64,000 nucleotides of DNA from Octopus sinensis (lineage: Eukaryota). The notes below the pieces were generated by a model that was not told where the DNA came from, ran no database searches, and worked only from the letters and a program-made list of their open reading frames with translations. Position 1 is the stretch's first letter. Every line of letters starts with the position of its first letter. Location: assembly GCF_006345805.1 (NCBI RefSeq), contig NC_042998.1, positions 172,360,001 through 172,424,000 of the forward strand, written 5' to 3'. Below, one piece after another: positions 1 through 12,015 of the stretch. A program made the translations under genes and the position numbers.

Positions 1-1805
1 GCTTATTTGAAAGAAAAATAATCCATGTCAAGGATGATCTTTTCTTTTTGTATTTTGTTGCTTGAGACAATATTACTAACACACTCTACTTATGTATGCC
101 AGATTATTATGAATTTTATTAAGCATAATTTACTTTTTAGTTATAAGCAAAATGTTTATACACCAGTTTGGTTCTGTTATTTGAAAATTCTGTCAGATTA
201 TTGACTGATTCCATTGTGATGTGCATCTTCAATAACCTGCCTCATTTTCTTTTCTTTGATTTACTTTTAAAACAAGAATTTTCAGAAATTAAATGTCAAC
301 TCTGAATGTAACAAATTCTAAATTAGCCCCCTACCTTATTTTTTTCCCCCTTTTTTAATGTTTTGTTTGAAGAAACTAATTTGCATGGGATCTCAGTTTT
401 TTCTTTCCCGTTTTGCTAGATAAATTTATTTTGCGTGCTTCTTGATTGCTATTTGGTTCCCTCACTAACCTGTACTAAACTGGCAGCTACATGTATACAT
501 GGTTGGTTCTCAATTACTTTTTTTTTAATGTATAAACATTGATATTTTTCAATTATTTAGTACAATTGAAATTCAAGTTGCCTTTTCCACTATTATTATT
601 TTTTTTTTTTTAGTTTTTTTTCCTCCCCTCTTCTGTCTTTTTACCAATTTTTGTTAGTTGTCATACTTTCTCAATAATACAACTCCCTAAAATTACCATC
701 ATTAATAGCACTTACAAAACATGAAAACTATAACCGCCTAGTCTCTATCTTTCTCCCCACTGAAATTTAATCTTAAATGCCCGAGACTTGTTGGTTACAT
801 GGCTCAACACACTCCATCATAATCTGCCTTGGAAAATGTAGATGGATCCAATTATGCGTCTAAGATAATTTATTAATTATACAGGTTGGTATTTACATCT
901 ATTGCTATTAATTTAAAAACAACTTGTTGAATGAATTCACAAAATCTTCAAGCTTACCCCCTGTTCTGTTAGGTTCTATTTCAAAGTTTATTAGATTAGA
1001 TTTTTAACTAATTCTCTCAAATGTTGGTTAACTAACATATCTTGTTCTTGATAAAATGTAAACTAGTTTAAAATATTAATTAAAGGAGCTTTCTCTTAGA
1101 TTAACACAATGATTCAAACTACTTTTTGCCACAAGGAGAACAAGTTCTCTTTGAAATAAAAGTATTTTTTCATTAAGTTCTTTTGGAATTTTTGTTTGTT
1201 AATTTTTCTCATCTTTTGATTGGTTCATATATTTTTATACTCCAGTATTTTAAAATTGTATTAGTTTAGCATATTGTCAGTCTTTTGAAAAGAGATAAAC
1301 AAATATTTACCCAGCAAAGCGCTGATAATAAGCAGAAGAAACATAGCAAGGCAACATCTTTTTTTTCCCTTATAGTCATTTTGTCTGTTTGTTTGATTTG
1401 CTAACAAATATTAATCCTATGTGTGTCAAGTAGGTCATAGTGTTATAAAACTTTTCTCTGTTTAAAATGTTACTAATATTTGTGGTATAAACTTTCAACT
1501 GTTTTTTTTTTTTTTCCTTTTGTGAAACTGAAGTTCCAGCATTTAAGATGGAATTTTTGGATTCATATACTTTGTTCCTTGGGTTTTACCAATGTTAGGA
1601 AAATATAACAGTATATCATTATATTTAATCAATCTTCATATAAAACCTGTTAACTTTTCTAGACAACCAGCTGCTGAGGTTGTAATTTAAATCTTAGTAT
1701 TTTCTTCAATAAAAGTAAGATGGGTGTGCAAACATTCATCTATATAAAGTATGACTTAGGACAGTAACCTTTCTGCAAATCTTTTTAATAAATATTACCT
1801 ACATC

Positions 1806-1853
1806 CACTGTCATCTTGCAGATGTCCATGCCGACGTCTGCAAGATGACAGTG
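1806..1853. repeat. 21-bp inverted repeat with 6-nt loop
   Basis: CACTGTCATCTTGCAGATGTC-catgcc-GACGTCTGCAAGATGACAGTG, with one U-G pair. Confidence 0.9.
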
Positions 1854-2632
1854 TGGACATTCTAAAATCTCTACAAAGCTTTTCTCTTGGACAATCCTTT
1901 TCATTGATTGTCAGTTTTAAGCGAAATTTATGTGAACTTTATTTCTAAACTGATTTATAAAAAAAAAAAAAATTTTTTTTAAATGATACCTCCTCAGTGA
2001 TGCCCTCTAGAATTCTAAGATTATAGCAATCATCATCATTATTATTATAGAAAGGAAATAAGATTAGTGTGTAGTGTGCACACAGATGAAGTTTACAATG
2101 TACTCTAATTATCACTTATTACCTTTATTGTTACAGTTCATACTCAAATTGCATGCACACTCAACTTCTGGAGAACTAAACTACTAAATAGCAATCTTTT
2201 AATAGCATTTCTTCCCCCAGCTAGTCTTGATGCACTAATGCCCTTGGCCTGTAGATATGTATAACACATTAGCAAAACTGTAGACATTAAGCCAATAATC
2301 ATTCATTTCATAGACCATTACTTTCACTGTATACATTGTCAGGAAATGGTGTGCGCTCACACACACACACATTTCTATTTCAACAGATAACACCTGTTTT
2401 TGTATTTTTCCTCCTCTATAATTAGATGATAGGAGCTGAGACAATTGCACCATAGCTACTTTTTAAACTTCCTGCTCCAAAATATTTCTAACGTTTCTTG
2501 AGCTACAATACGTTCATTTTCATTATTTAGTGATTTGTTCACTTTTACTGCAACAATAGTTCTTTTGGGTTTTATATTGGATTAGTGGTTGCTCAAGAAT
2601 GTATCTCGTTATGAAATTCTTGGCTTCGATGT

Positions 2633-2674
<42 letters not shown>

Positions 2675-5600
2675 GCAAAGATTTGTTGAGTTGGTTGTGT
2701 TGTAAAACCCACTCCATTCTCTATTTTCTGGATCATATTTTGTCCTTGAGCAAGATACTTTATTTCATGTTGCTCTAGTTCACTCAGTTAGTAGATTTGA
2801 GTAGTACCTATATTTCAAAGGGACAGCCTTGTCACATTGTGTCACACTGAACTTCCTTGAGAACTACGTTAAGGGTATGAGTGTATGGAGTGTTCAGTGA
2901 CTTTCATGCTAATTTCATGAGCAGGTTGCTCTGTTGATCATATCAACTGGAACATTTTGTGATTATGAGAATTACTTGTGATTATGAGAATTACAAACAA
3001 ATGCTCTAACCTGGTCTAACATAGCCCCTATTACTTGTGGAATGTTTTAAGTATATAGTCTATTACATGGTAAACATTTAGGCTAGCTCTCCAACATAAG
3101 GATCTCAAATTCTTCTCCCCATTCTCAAATAATCCTAGTGTCATTGCAAAAGGACCTTGGCTGCTACTCATTTTCTTCAAACTATTCAAAAATGATGATA
3201 CAAAGTGATGTTTTATTCCCTTGTAATTTGAATTTCTTTTTCTTTTCGTTATAAAATGAATAAATCTCTCTTCATTAATGTAAATACTATCTGGACACTG
3301 GTTAAACCTTTCTGAATAAGAAATTAGTTTCAAACATTTGCAATAATACTTAAGAAACTATGCTTCACATTGCATTATAAATGTAATCTTTGTTTCACTG
3401 TTGTTACAACTTGGTTTATAGCTCTTTCTAAATTTAATATACATTCTCTCTCTTCCCTCACACTTTTCCTTTTTTCTCTCTAATTTGTTAACTCTATAGT
3501 GTTAAAGTAGAAGAATGTAAAAGAACATAAGCTGACAGTAAGGAAGAACATTTGTTAACGAACAAGCTTATCAATTTAATTATAAAAAGAAAAAAAGGAA
3601 ACATTAGTAAATAAATTTGCTAACTTGAAAAATCTGCCTGTTGATGTTCATTATAATCATCATCATCACCACCATCATCAAGGGAAGCCTACAAATTATT
3701 TTCAACTGTAGTTAGTGTTTTACTACTAAACATTTGGTTGAAGGGCTGGAAATAGCCATTGCATCTCAAATTTCTCTTTTCATACTGTTAGTGTTAAAGA
3801 ATCTACAGTATTATCTCATTTTAGTTATTTCAGGATTCATTGATAATGATTAGAGCCATCTGCCTGAAACGTTTGTTTCAAAGAGACCAAACATTTTCTG
3901 TTTATAAAACATCAGACTGTTTTTGTTTTTTTTTTTCTTTAGCAAGAGGTCAGTTTTGGAGCATTCTTGGTTTATTATCGAAAAAAGTCAGAGTATAGGA
4001 AAATGAGGTAGTACCTATGCATGAGAGTGAGGTGGGAGATATTAGAAATGTAATTAGGCTATTTGATTTATCATAGAGTTGGGAGATAGGGACAATGACT
4101 TGTTCTGAAAGTTCTTTTCTGAAAACTAGATACAAAGATGAGACACACACCATATTGTAATTTCAGCCTTTTATTAAGGCAGCAGTCTGAATTGTATCTT
4201 TAGGCTTTAAAATGTGTCAAAGAGTAAACATCAATCCAAGGTTGACAGAAAGCTTTGAATTCTGCAAGGATTCCTTACTGTGAAGAAACTTTGTAATTTT
4301 TATCAGTCTCCCAAAATTAGACCTTTAACTCAGAAATTCCTTCAAATCAGGACCAACTATGTTCACATCGTTTTTATAAATTCAACAAGTGTGTGATGCT
4401 TTCTGTAATTCATTAAGTTTAGATATATGTAGTTGCATAAGTGTCACTGATAGTAGTTGATAAATCATATTTCTCCTTGATCTTTTCTACATATTTGAGA
4501 GGGTTCTATGGGAAATATAATTTCTACCATTTTTTTTACAAACAGTTGTGCTATTAAAGTTAGCAATAGAACCTGTTTTAGTCACAAATATTTCAACAAA
4601 ACATAATTAATTACACCAATGAAGTTTATAGAATTGATCTAGTATAGTATTCAGTTCTTTTGTACATGTTTGCAAAATAATTTTGTACTATCAGATTTTG
4701 TGACTGTAAAATATTTCTGATAATGAAAGTATACCTAGGAAGCCATTTATACATCACATATTGTAAAGTGATTATTAACCATTATTTACATTATTTGATA
4801 TACCCTCCAGTCTTCATCAGACTGAAGAAGGCTGGAGGGTATATCAGCCAAAATGTTGTATTAACATACAAGATGAGGACAAATATCTGTCAAATGTAAA
4901 TAATGTACATAATTCCCCATCTCTTAGATATAGAACTATATGAGTATTAACTAGTTAAATATTTGATGTTACTAACAAGATTATAATCCCTCTTTTGTTG
5001 ATCTAGTTATACCAGCTTGTTATAAGTTGTCATTTTGCCCTCAAACTATTGTTTTATTGTTAAGCTGTCCTGTTAAATATTCATCAAACCATATCAGTGT
5101 ACTGACTGTGATTGCTTCTTATAATAATTATGAGTTTGAAAATGTAGCTCAGTTAGCAAATTGATAATGGCTATTATTTTTATAGGATTACCCTGCTCAA
5201 GTACAGTTATTCATCAAATGTTTTGTCCACACACTCTTAACTCAATTCATTAATTTTGTAGACTTACAGAGCTTTCAAATTTACTTTATTGTTCAATACT
5301 GTAATGGTGCATGCTATCAATTAGTAGTAATTTGTAGTTGGAATTAATTTTCAAATTTAAGACATTTCAGCTTTATTGAGAATTGTCTGAATTTGATATT
5401 AAGTATCCTCAATAACATAATAGTTGTGTGTACACATTTGCCTGTGTCTGTCCATACATATATATGTACATAGCTATATGTAGTGTGTCTAATTTTTGTT
5501 TCCCTGCAGAAATATTCAAACACCTGTTAGAAATGTGTATTCTGTGTTGGTACACTGGATTATTTTTCTCACACCTGAACAGTTCCTGTAATTCATGTTA

Positions 5601-7501
5601 GTCTTATACATTGTTGAATCTAATATTTCAGAATGATAGACAAGTATGATTGTTTTATATCAGTAGCATTTCACTTAGCTTGGCTTCAGTCCCACTGTAT
5701 TACGTCTTGGGCAGACGTCTTCTCTTATAGCCCTGAGCTGATGAGTTCCTTGTCAGTAAATTGGTTATGGGAAACTCATTGTGCAGAAGATCAAGGTGTG
5801 TGTATGTGTGTGTATGCATGCATATGGCTGTCTTTGTGTGTATATTTGTGTTGACGCTGTTTGGAAAATGGTACTTTGTGTTTATACCTTGTTAATTCAC
5901 TGTTTGGCAACAGTGATGAGTACCAGATTTTAATATAACCACTGGGGTTTAAGGTGGCCTGCTATCAGAATCATTACCATGCCAGGCAAAATGCTTAGTA
6001 TCATTTTGTTTGACTTCATGTTCTGAGTTCAAATGCCACTGGAGTCAACTTTACCTTTCATCCTTTCAGGGTTGATAAAACGAGTACCAGTTGAGCACTT
6101 GGGTTGATGTAATCGATTTAACCCTTCCCCTGAAATTGCTGGCCTTGTGTCTAAATTTGAAAGCAGCATAACTACTTGGGTCAGTACAAGCAACTAAAAA
6201 ACCTTTCAATGTGGTGCTCTACCATAGCTACATTCCAATGGCTGAAACTTGTAATAGTTGTACGTGTATGTGTGTGTGTGTAGTGATATAAGCCACGTAT
6301 AGAAGTGCAATCAGCATTGATTATATTGACAGATTTTGCATGCCAGTTGGGTGAGATCTCAGAGTTCAGTTCCCAACCCAATTCTGTTTGTCTCCAGGCC
6401 ATAGTAGAAGAGTTTGAAGATTAATCTTCACTGTATGTTGATCGTTACAATGGGCTGTTGGATCACTTTGCTGCTGGAGAAATCCAGAATTTATTAAATT
6501 ACTGACACTCAGATGGTTGTGTAGCTTTAACATCATAAAACGATGCATAGTTTGTGCATCGAAATAAAAGTTAGAAAATCTGTAAAATATTCAGTTTCCA
6601 CACACACACACACACACACACAAATTTGAGTTAGTGCTGTATCTTTCCCTATTCAATACCCCTGCCATCTTATTATTCTACCACTTTCCTTTATCACAAT
6701 GCCTTTACTTCCATAACCATCATTTCCTCTCTCATTAACCTTTAGCATTACTATTCTCTCATTACTCTCTCTCTTTCTCTCTCTCTCTCTAGCTCTGTCT
6801 TTTGTTACTCTCTCATTTAGCTCCCTCTTGTGCTAATAATTCTATTCCTCTTGTCATACTTTCGCATTTGTTACTATCTCACCGTAAGCTCAGTTTCTGT
6901 CATCACTCATTCTGTCACTCTTTGGTGCCACAATAAAATGCACCCATTACACAAAATGGTTGGTGAATTGAGCAGAGACAATCTAGGATCAAGATGACTC
7001 TTTAGTCTTGTCAGGGGCATGGCACTTCTCTAATGTGGGTTCCACAATAAAATGCACCTAGTATATTCTGTATAGTGGTTGGTGTGAGAAAGAGCATCCA
7101 GATGTAGAAATCATGCCAAAAGCCAGAATGTGCTGATGAGACATAATCTTCCTACATGTCAAAGAAGGTATTAACTTCGATTAACTTATTTGGACTGTGA
7201 CTACTTGTCCAAGCCATGCCAGTAGAGAAAGCAGACAAAAATATAAAAAGATTTGCATGTTATGTATGTAGGTATATGTGAATGTACGTGTGTGCATGTC
7301 AATCATCATTAATTTTACGTCTACTTTTCCAATGGTAGCAAGGTGGGTGTGACCACTTAAGGTAATATTCTATGGTTGGTTAGATGCCCTCTTTGATGCC
7401 AAACCTTGTTTTCATGTAAGGTAGTTTTTCCAGGGTCTTTATGCATAACTTGTCATGCATAACTTGACATAATTGCGTCACTGGAGCCTAAGTGGTTTTA
7501 A

Positions 7502-7700
7502 CCCTTTAGCATTTAAACAAGCCATATCTGGCCAAAATATTCTACCTGCATTATGTTTGAACTGGCCAGATCTGGCCTCTTACACCAACCTTACAATATC
7601 ATTCTAAAAATTAAGTTGCCCCATCAAAAACTACAAGGTAATGCAGATTAATTCCAAAATAATGAGAATAAATAAACCTTACTTTTGACAGAATAAAGGG
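7502..7700. mobile_element. piggyBac-type MITE family B
   Basis: TTAA|CCCTTT...AAAGGG|TTAA. Homologous to 57148-57460. Confidence 0.7.
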
Positions 7701-7715
7701 TTAATGCGATCACGT

Positions 7716-7748
<33 letters not shown>

Positions 7749-8155
7749 GTGAGTTTTGGTACTGTTTCCTCCAGCCTAATTTCATTCACAAGACATTGAT
7801 CAACTTAGTTATATATAATAGAAGACACCCATGATGTTGCCCAGTAGCATTGAACCCGAAAGACCATGGTTATAAACCAAATCTTAATCATACAGCTATT
7901 CCTGTGTTTACATATATTATTTGTATCATATTTATCATGTATTATATATCTTTTTTCAGTAAGTATAAACATTGCATTGCTCATACAAGTGGATCAATCT
8001 TGTTTTATTGGCTTCATATGTTTTTTTTGTTTTGTTTATATTTTCTTGTCATTACTATGTTCACTTCATTACATTGTCATATTTTGAAACTGCAGTCAGT
8101 CATGCATCCCTGTGAAGATAATAGTGCTGTTAATAAACATTTGTCCTCTTTTCAG

Positions 8156-8314
8156 AGCCTTAACAGTCGAATAAACAGTGGTACTAGCAGCCGGTGCGTG
8201 TCAACATCCGACATCCCTCCGTCCATCACAGACCGCCACAGTCGCTCCGATCGACCAAGTTCTTATGCTGGTTTGAGTAAATCAACACCTTCATTAGACA
8301 TAGATTACAAAAAA
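8156..8314 (+). CDS. PPP1R12A: Internal exon of a MYPT1/PPP1R12-like myosin phosphatase targeting subunit (SLNSRINSGTSSRCVSTSDIPPSITDRHSRSDRPSSYAGLSKSTPSLDIDYKK)
   Basis: Pyrimidine tract + ttcag acceptor at 8151-8155 and gtaagt donor at 8315. 159 nt, phase 0-0, open. Ends in DYKK, which continues as LYE in the next exon (the DYKKLYE start of the MYPT C-terminal coiled coil). The symbol is family-level; the invertebrate gene is likely co-orthologous to PPP1R12A/B/C. Confidence 0.85.
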
Positions 8315-8596
8315 GTAAGTATTGATTGATATTTACCACTGAATATTGCCAATTGCTTGCTTGTGCTCTCTTAATGGTAGCTAGTTACAGGGGGTGCAAG
8401 TGCACCCTGTAAAATTGTTTGCAGGGTGCAAAATCAAAATTTGCACTCCCATTTTTTTTTTTTTTTTCAGGTTTAGAAAATTGCGTAAAAAGTGATTGGT
8501 ATAAAAGCAGCTTGAAGTTAGGTTTCTTTTCAGAGAACAATGAAACACATAAATCCTTGTTTACAGACTTTTGGACTTGTGTTTGCACCCCTTTAA

Positions 8597-8817
8597 CCCC
8601 TTCATTACCAACCCGGCTGAAACCGGCTCTGGCTCTTTAGTATAAATGTCTTGTTTTCATAAGTTTTGGATTCAAATCTTCCACCAAATCTTAGTCACAG
8701 TTTATGTTCCAAACACTAGCTTAATGATAACTAAGTTAAATTACTAGATTCTTTGTTATATTTAAAATAATTGGAAGAAACACAGAGCATCTCAAAATAA
8801 ATACAGTAACGAAAGGG
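8597..8817. mobile_element. piggyBac-type MITE family A (TTAA|CCC...GGG|TTAA), nested in another small element (about 8380-8845)
   Basis: TTAA duplications at 8593 and 8818. An inverted sister copy lies at 58690-58907. Confidence 0.8.
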
Positions 8818-8971
8818 TTAAGCAAATTTCATTCCTGAGCTAGTGGCTAGATAGGAATCTCTGAAAAATAAGTTAGAAGAAAAGAAACATGTAAACATTT
8901 GTTGATTTTTTTTAGTAACTCTAATCATTTCAAGATTGTGTTTAATAAGTGCTGCTTTATTTTATGAATAG

Positions 8972-9118
8972 CTTTATGAAAATGAAAAAGACGACACAAA
9001 TAGGTTAAAGAAAGAGCTTGATACGAGCAAACGGGAACTTTCGGCGATGAAATTAGAACTGGAAAGGTTTCGAAGATTACATGAAGGTAGTTCAATTGAG
9101 TCAAACCAACAGAAAAGG
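8972..9118 (+). CDS. PPP1R12A: MYPT-like coiled-coil exon (LYENEKDDTNRLKKELDTSKRELSAMKLELERFRRLHEGSSIESNQQKR)
   Basis: tag acceptor ending 8971, gtaagt donor at 9119, 147 nt, phase 0-0, heptad-rich. Confidence 0.9.
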
Positions 9119-9689
9119 GTAAGTAACCAGTTCTGTTGTTATGACTATTCCTTTTTGGTTGTAAACACACCAGTGTTTTGTTTAAGTTGTGTAATCAAGC
9201 CATTTAAGTGACCCTTATTATATTTTCCTTCAAGATATTTTTTTATTACTTCAAATAAATTTTTCTTTTAAACAGTTTTGTTAGTGTTTCCAGTAATACT
9301 TGCTGTTGTCACTTTGAAAAATAACACTAATTGGGTTATCTTTTTTATTTATGCCTTATGCTGTAATTTTGATGTCATTGGAAAATATTCTTGTATCAGC
9401 CCATATATTTGTTACTTATTCACTCTGACTCCTACAGTTGTTTGAAAGCTTCATAATTTTTTTGTTTATTATCTTTAAGGAGCCATTTTAGTTGAGAGAG
9501 TTTAACATAGTTATTATTTTTCTTTTGTTTTGTTTTTTCTCACTGTCAGTATTAGATGGTAAAATTTGTTAAGAATATTTCCCAATCAGTTGGGTACTTG
9601 GATTACTAAATCAAAATGTAAATTCAGTTTTGGTATGAGATGGTATCAAGAGGTTTTCAGACTAGATATGTTTAATAAAAGACAACTTA

Positions 9690-10068
9690 GAATAACTTAC
9701 CTCAGTTTAACATCGTCTCCTTCGAAATAGTCACCTTATACAGCAGTACACAAGTCCCAGCTTTCCTGCCACTTTTGGAATCCTGCCTGCAATTCATTTT
9801 CTGTAAGTGAGTTGAGGACCTTCTGTGATTTGTTCTTAGGGAAAAGGCGGAAGTCCGCAGGTGCTAAATCGGGCAAATAGGGTGAGTGCAAAAAACTTGT
9901 CAAAGAATGCTCAAGGTCTCTGTAGCAGACTTCTCAAGTTCAATGCAAAATTTCACACTGGCACTTTGTTCCAACTTCCTGTCCATGAAAATTACAGACT
10001 ACAGCTTACATGATCGCAAGAACACCGATTTTACAACTAGCTAAATAAACAGTGATGTCACTCAACAT
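9690..10068 (-). mobile_element. Deleted mariner-like remnant interrupted by the LINE
   Basis: The minus strand near 9700-9820 reads FQKWQESWDLC..GDYFEGD, a mariner transposase C-terminus. Confidence 0.6.
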
Positions 10069-10075
10069 GCTGCCA

Positions 10076-11727
10076 TGTTAGTTAGTTAGTTAGTTAATTT
10101 GGCTCAAAAGCAAATAGCAAGGCCATGTAGGGGGACATGGAGTTAAGTACAGGGTGGTGTTCATGTAAAGAGTTCAGGCCACTTGAGGTCCAGGGAGGCT
10201 TTGAACAAAGCGGTCGTCGGCATCTTCACCATCTCGTCTGGCAGCTTGTTCCACGGATCCGCAACCCGGACGGAGAAAGCTCCTCTCCTTCGATTGAGAT
10301 GAAATCGTCGCAGGTAGAGCTTTTCGGAATGACCCCGCAGCCGACGCTCCGGAGCAGGAGTGAAGAACAGCTCTTTCGAGAGGTTACACTTCCCGCTTAT
10401 GATGTTGTGGGCGAGAATGAGGTCACCACGGCGGCGGCGTTTTTCAAGAGAATAAAGGTTGAGCGTCTTCAGCCTTTCTTCGTAGGGCAAATTTTTGAGA
10501 CCATGAACCATGCGGGTAGCCAGCCTCTGGACTCTTTCGAGGTGCTGTATGTCTTTGAGGAGATAAGGAGAAGAGGCTTGAATCCCATACTCCAATATGG
10601 GTCTCACCAGCGTGACATAGAGTGGCAGGAATATGGCTGCTGTGAGCATTCCGAATGACCGTCGAATCAAAATCAGAATTCCACGCGCTTTGTTGGCAGC
10701 ATGGACGCACTGGGCCGAAGGCGAAAAGGAGTAATCCACCAAGATACCCAGGTCCTTTACCTGATCGGTCCTCTCCAGCAGCAGACGACCCGGCTCGAAA
10801 TCAAGTTGAGTTGCAGGAGTAGAGCCGACAGGCAGATGACAGCACTTTGACACGTTCAGACACAGGTCCCAATCGTTAGACCACTTCCAAATTTGGTGGA
10901 GGCACCGACGAAGATCCTCTATACTACCGCGAGGAGCGACCAGTTTGATATCGTCGGCAAATAGAAGGGTGTGTTGCGTGAGGTCGTCGGGCAAGTCATT
11001 TATGAAGACTAAGAACAACAAGGGCCCAAGCACTGAACCTTGAGGCACGCCACTGCTCGCACTGGAGACGTCGGACCGCGAACCATTTACTTGAACTTGG
11101 AAGGAGCGATCTGAGAGGAAGGCACCAACCCATCGTACAATATCCGGATGGAAACTATATGCTTGAAGCTTGACAAGTAGTAGACGGTGGTTTACCGAGT
11201 CAAAAGCTTTGGCAAAGTCCAATAAAACGATGTCAACAGCATCACTATCATCGAGGATGCGCATCACCAATTCTTCCATTACTAGTAAGTTGGTCAAGCA
11301 TGATCTCTTCGGCACGAAGCCGTGTTGGGAATCAGTGATCGAGGCTGTGTTTAGGAGGTGGAGCATCATACTTTTCTTAAGGATGGTTTCGAACATCTTG
11401 CTGATTATTGATGTAAGGGAAACCGGTCGGTAGTTAAGCGGGTCTTTGCGGCTCCCTTTCTTGAAAATTGGGCAGATTATCGCTGTTCTCCAGTCTGCAG
11501 GTATAACACCCGTCGCCAATGACATATTGAATAGTCGTGTTAAGGGCTCGCAGATGACCGGAGCCAACGCTTTGATAACCCGTTGGTGTATGCCGTCAGG
11601 GCCGTGACCCTTGTTGACATCGAGGCCTTGAATAACACGTTTGACTTGGTCCTGCGTGATGATTAATCGAAGCATTGGAGGTACCGATCTATCAAATGGA
11701 GGGGGTTCACGACCATCATCTTGTTTG
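10076..11727 (-). mobile_element. Young 5'-truncated CR1/Jockey-group LINE with an uninterrupted RT ORF (10161-11727)
   Basis: About 520 open codons with NYRPVSLTS, LDFAKAFDSV, GVPQGSVLGPLLF and FADD motifs. Short 3' UTR, (TAAC)n tail at 10077-10096, flanking direct repeat GCTGCCA at 10069-10075 and 11728-11734. Confidence 0.95.
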
Positions 11728-11964
11728 GCTGCCAATAAGTAACACTAAATATAATACCGATGACTCATCTCTTCAAAATTTTACGTTGATCCTTATCAAA
11801 AAGGCTTCTGTATTTTAACATTGATTTTCTAGATTATCTCAAATTTTCAATAGAAAAGTATTTCAGTATGAACTCAAAATTTCAGAATAAAAATCTTCTG
11901 TTCCTCTCCTTTCTTTCTGTCTGTCTGTCAGTCATTTTCAGTATTTACATTATTTTATTGACAG

Positions 11965-12015
11965 GAAAAACGGGCTTTGGAGAGGAAATTGTCTGAACTT
12001 GAGTCTGCAATGGTC
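11965..12015 (+). CDS. PPP1R12A: MYPT-like penultimate coding exon (EKRALERKLSELESAMV)
   Basis: acag acceptor, gtaagt donor at 12016, 51 nt, phase 0-0. Resembles the MYPT ERRALERRISEMEEELK segment. Confidence 0.9.

Noticed and set aside
7850-8329. 159-aa ORF as a standalone gene
   Set aside because: Only 8156-8314 is exon-like; the rest is intron read-through from a non-ATG start.
10137-11433. ORFs overlapping the LINE on the + strand or in alternate frames
   Set aside because: Shadow ORFs of the GC-rich RT sequence.
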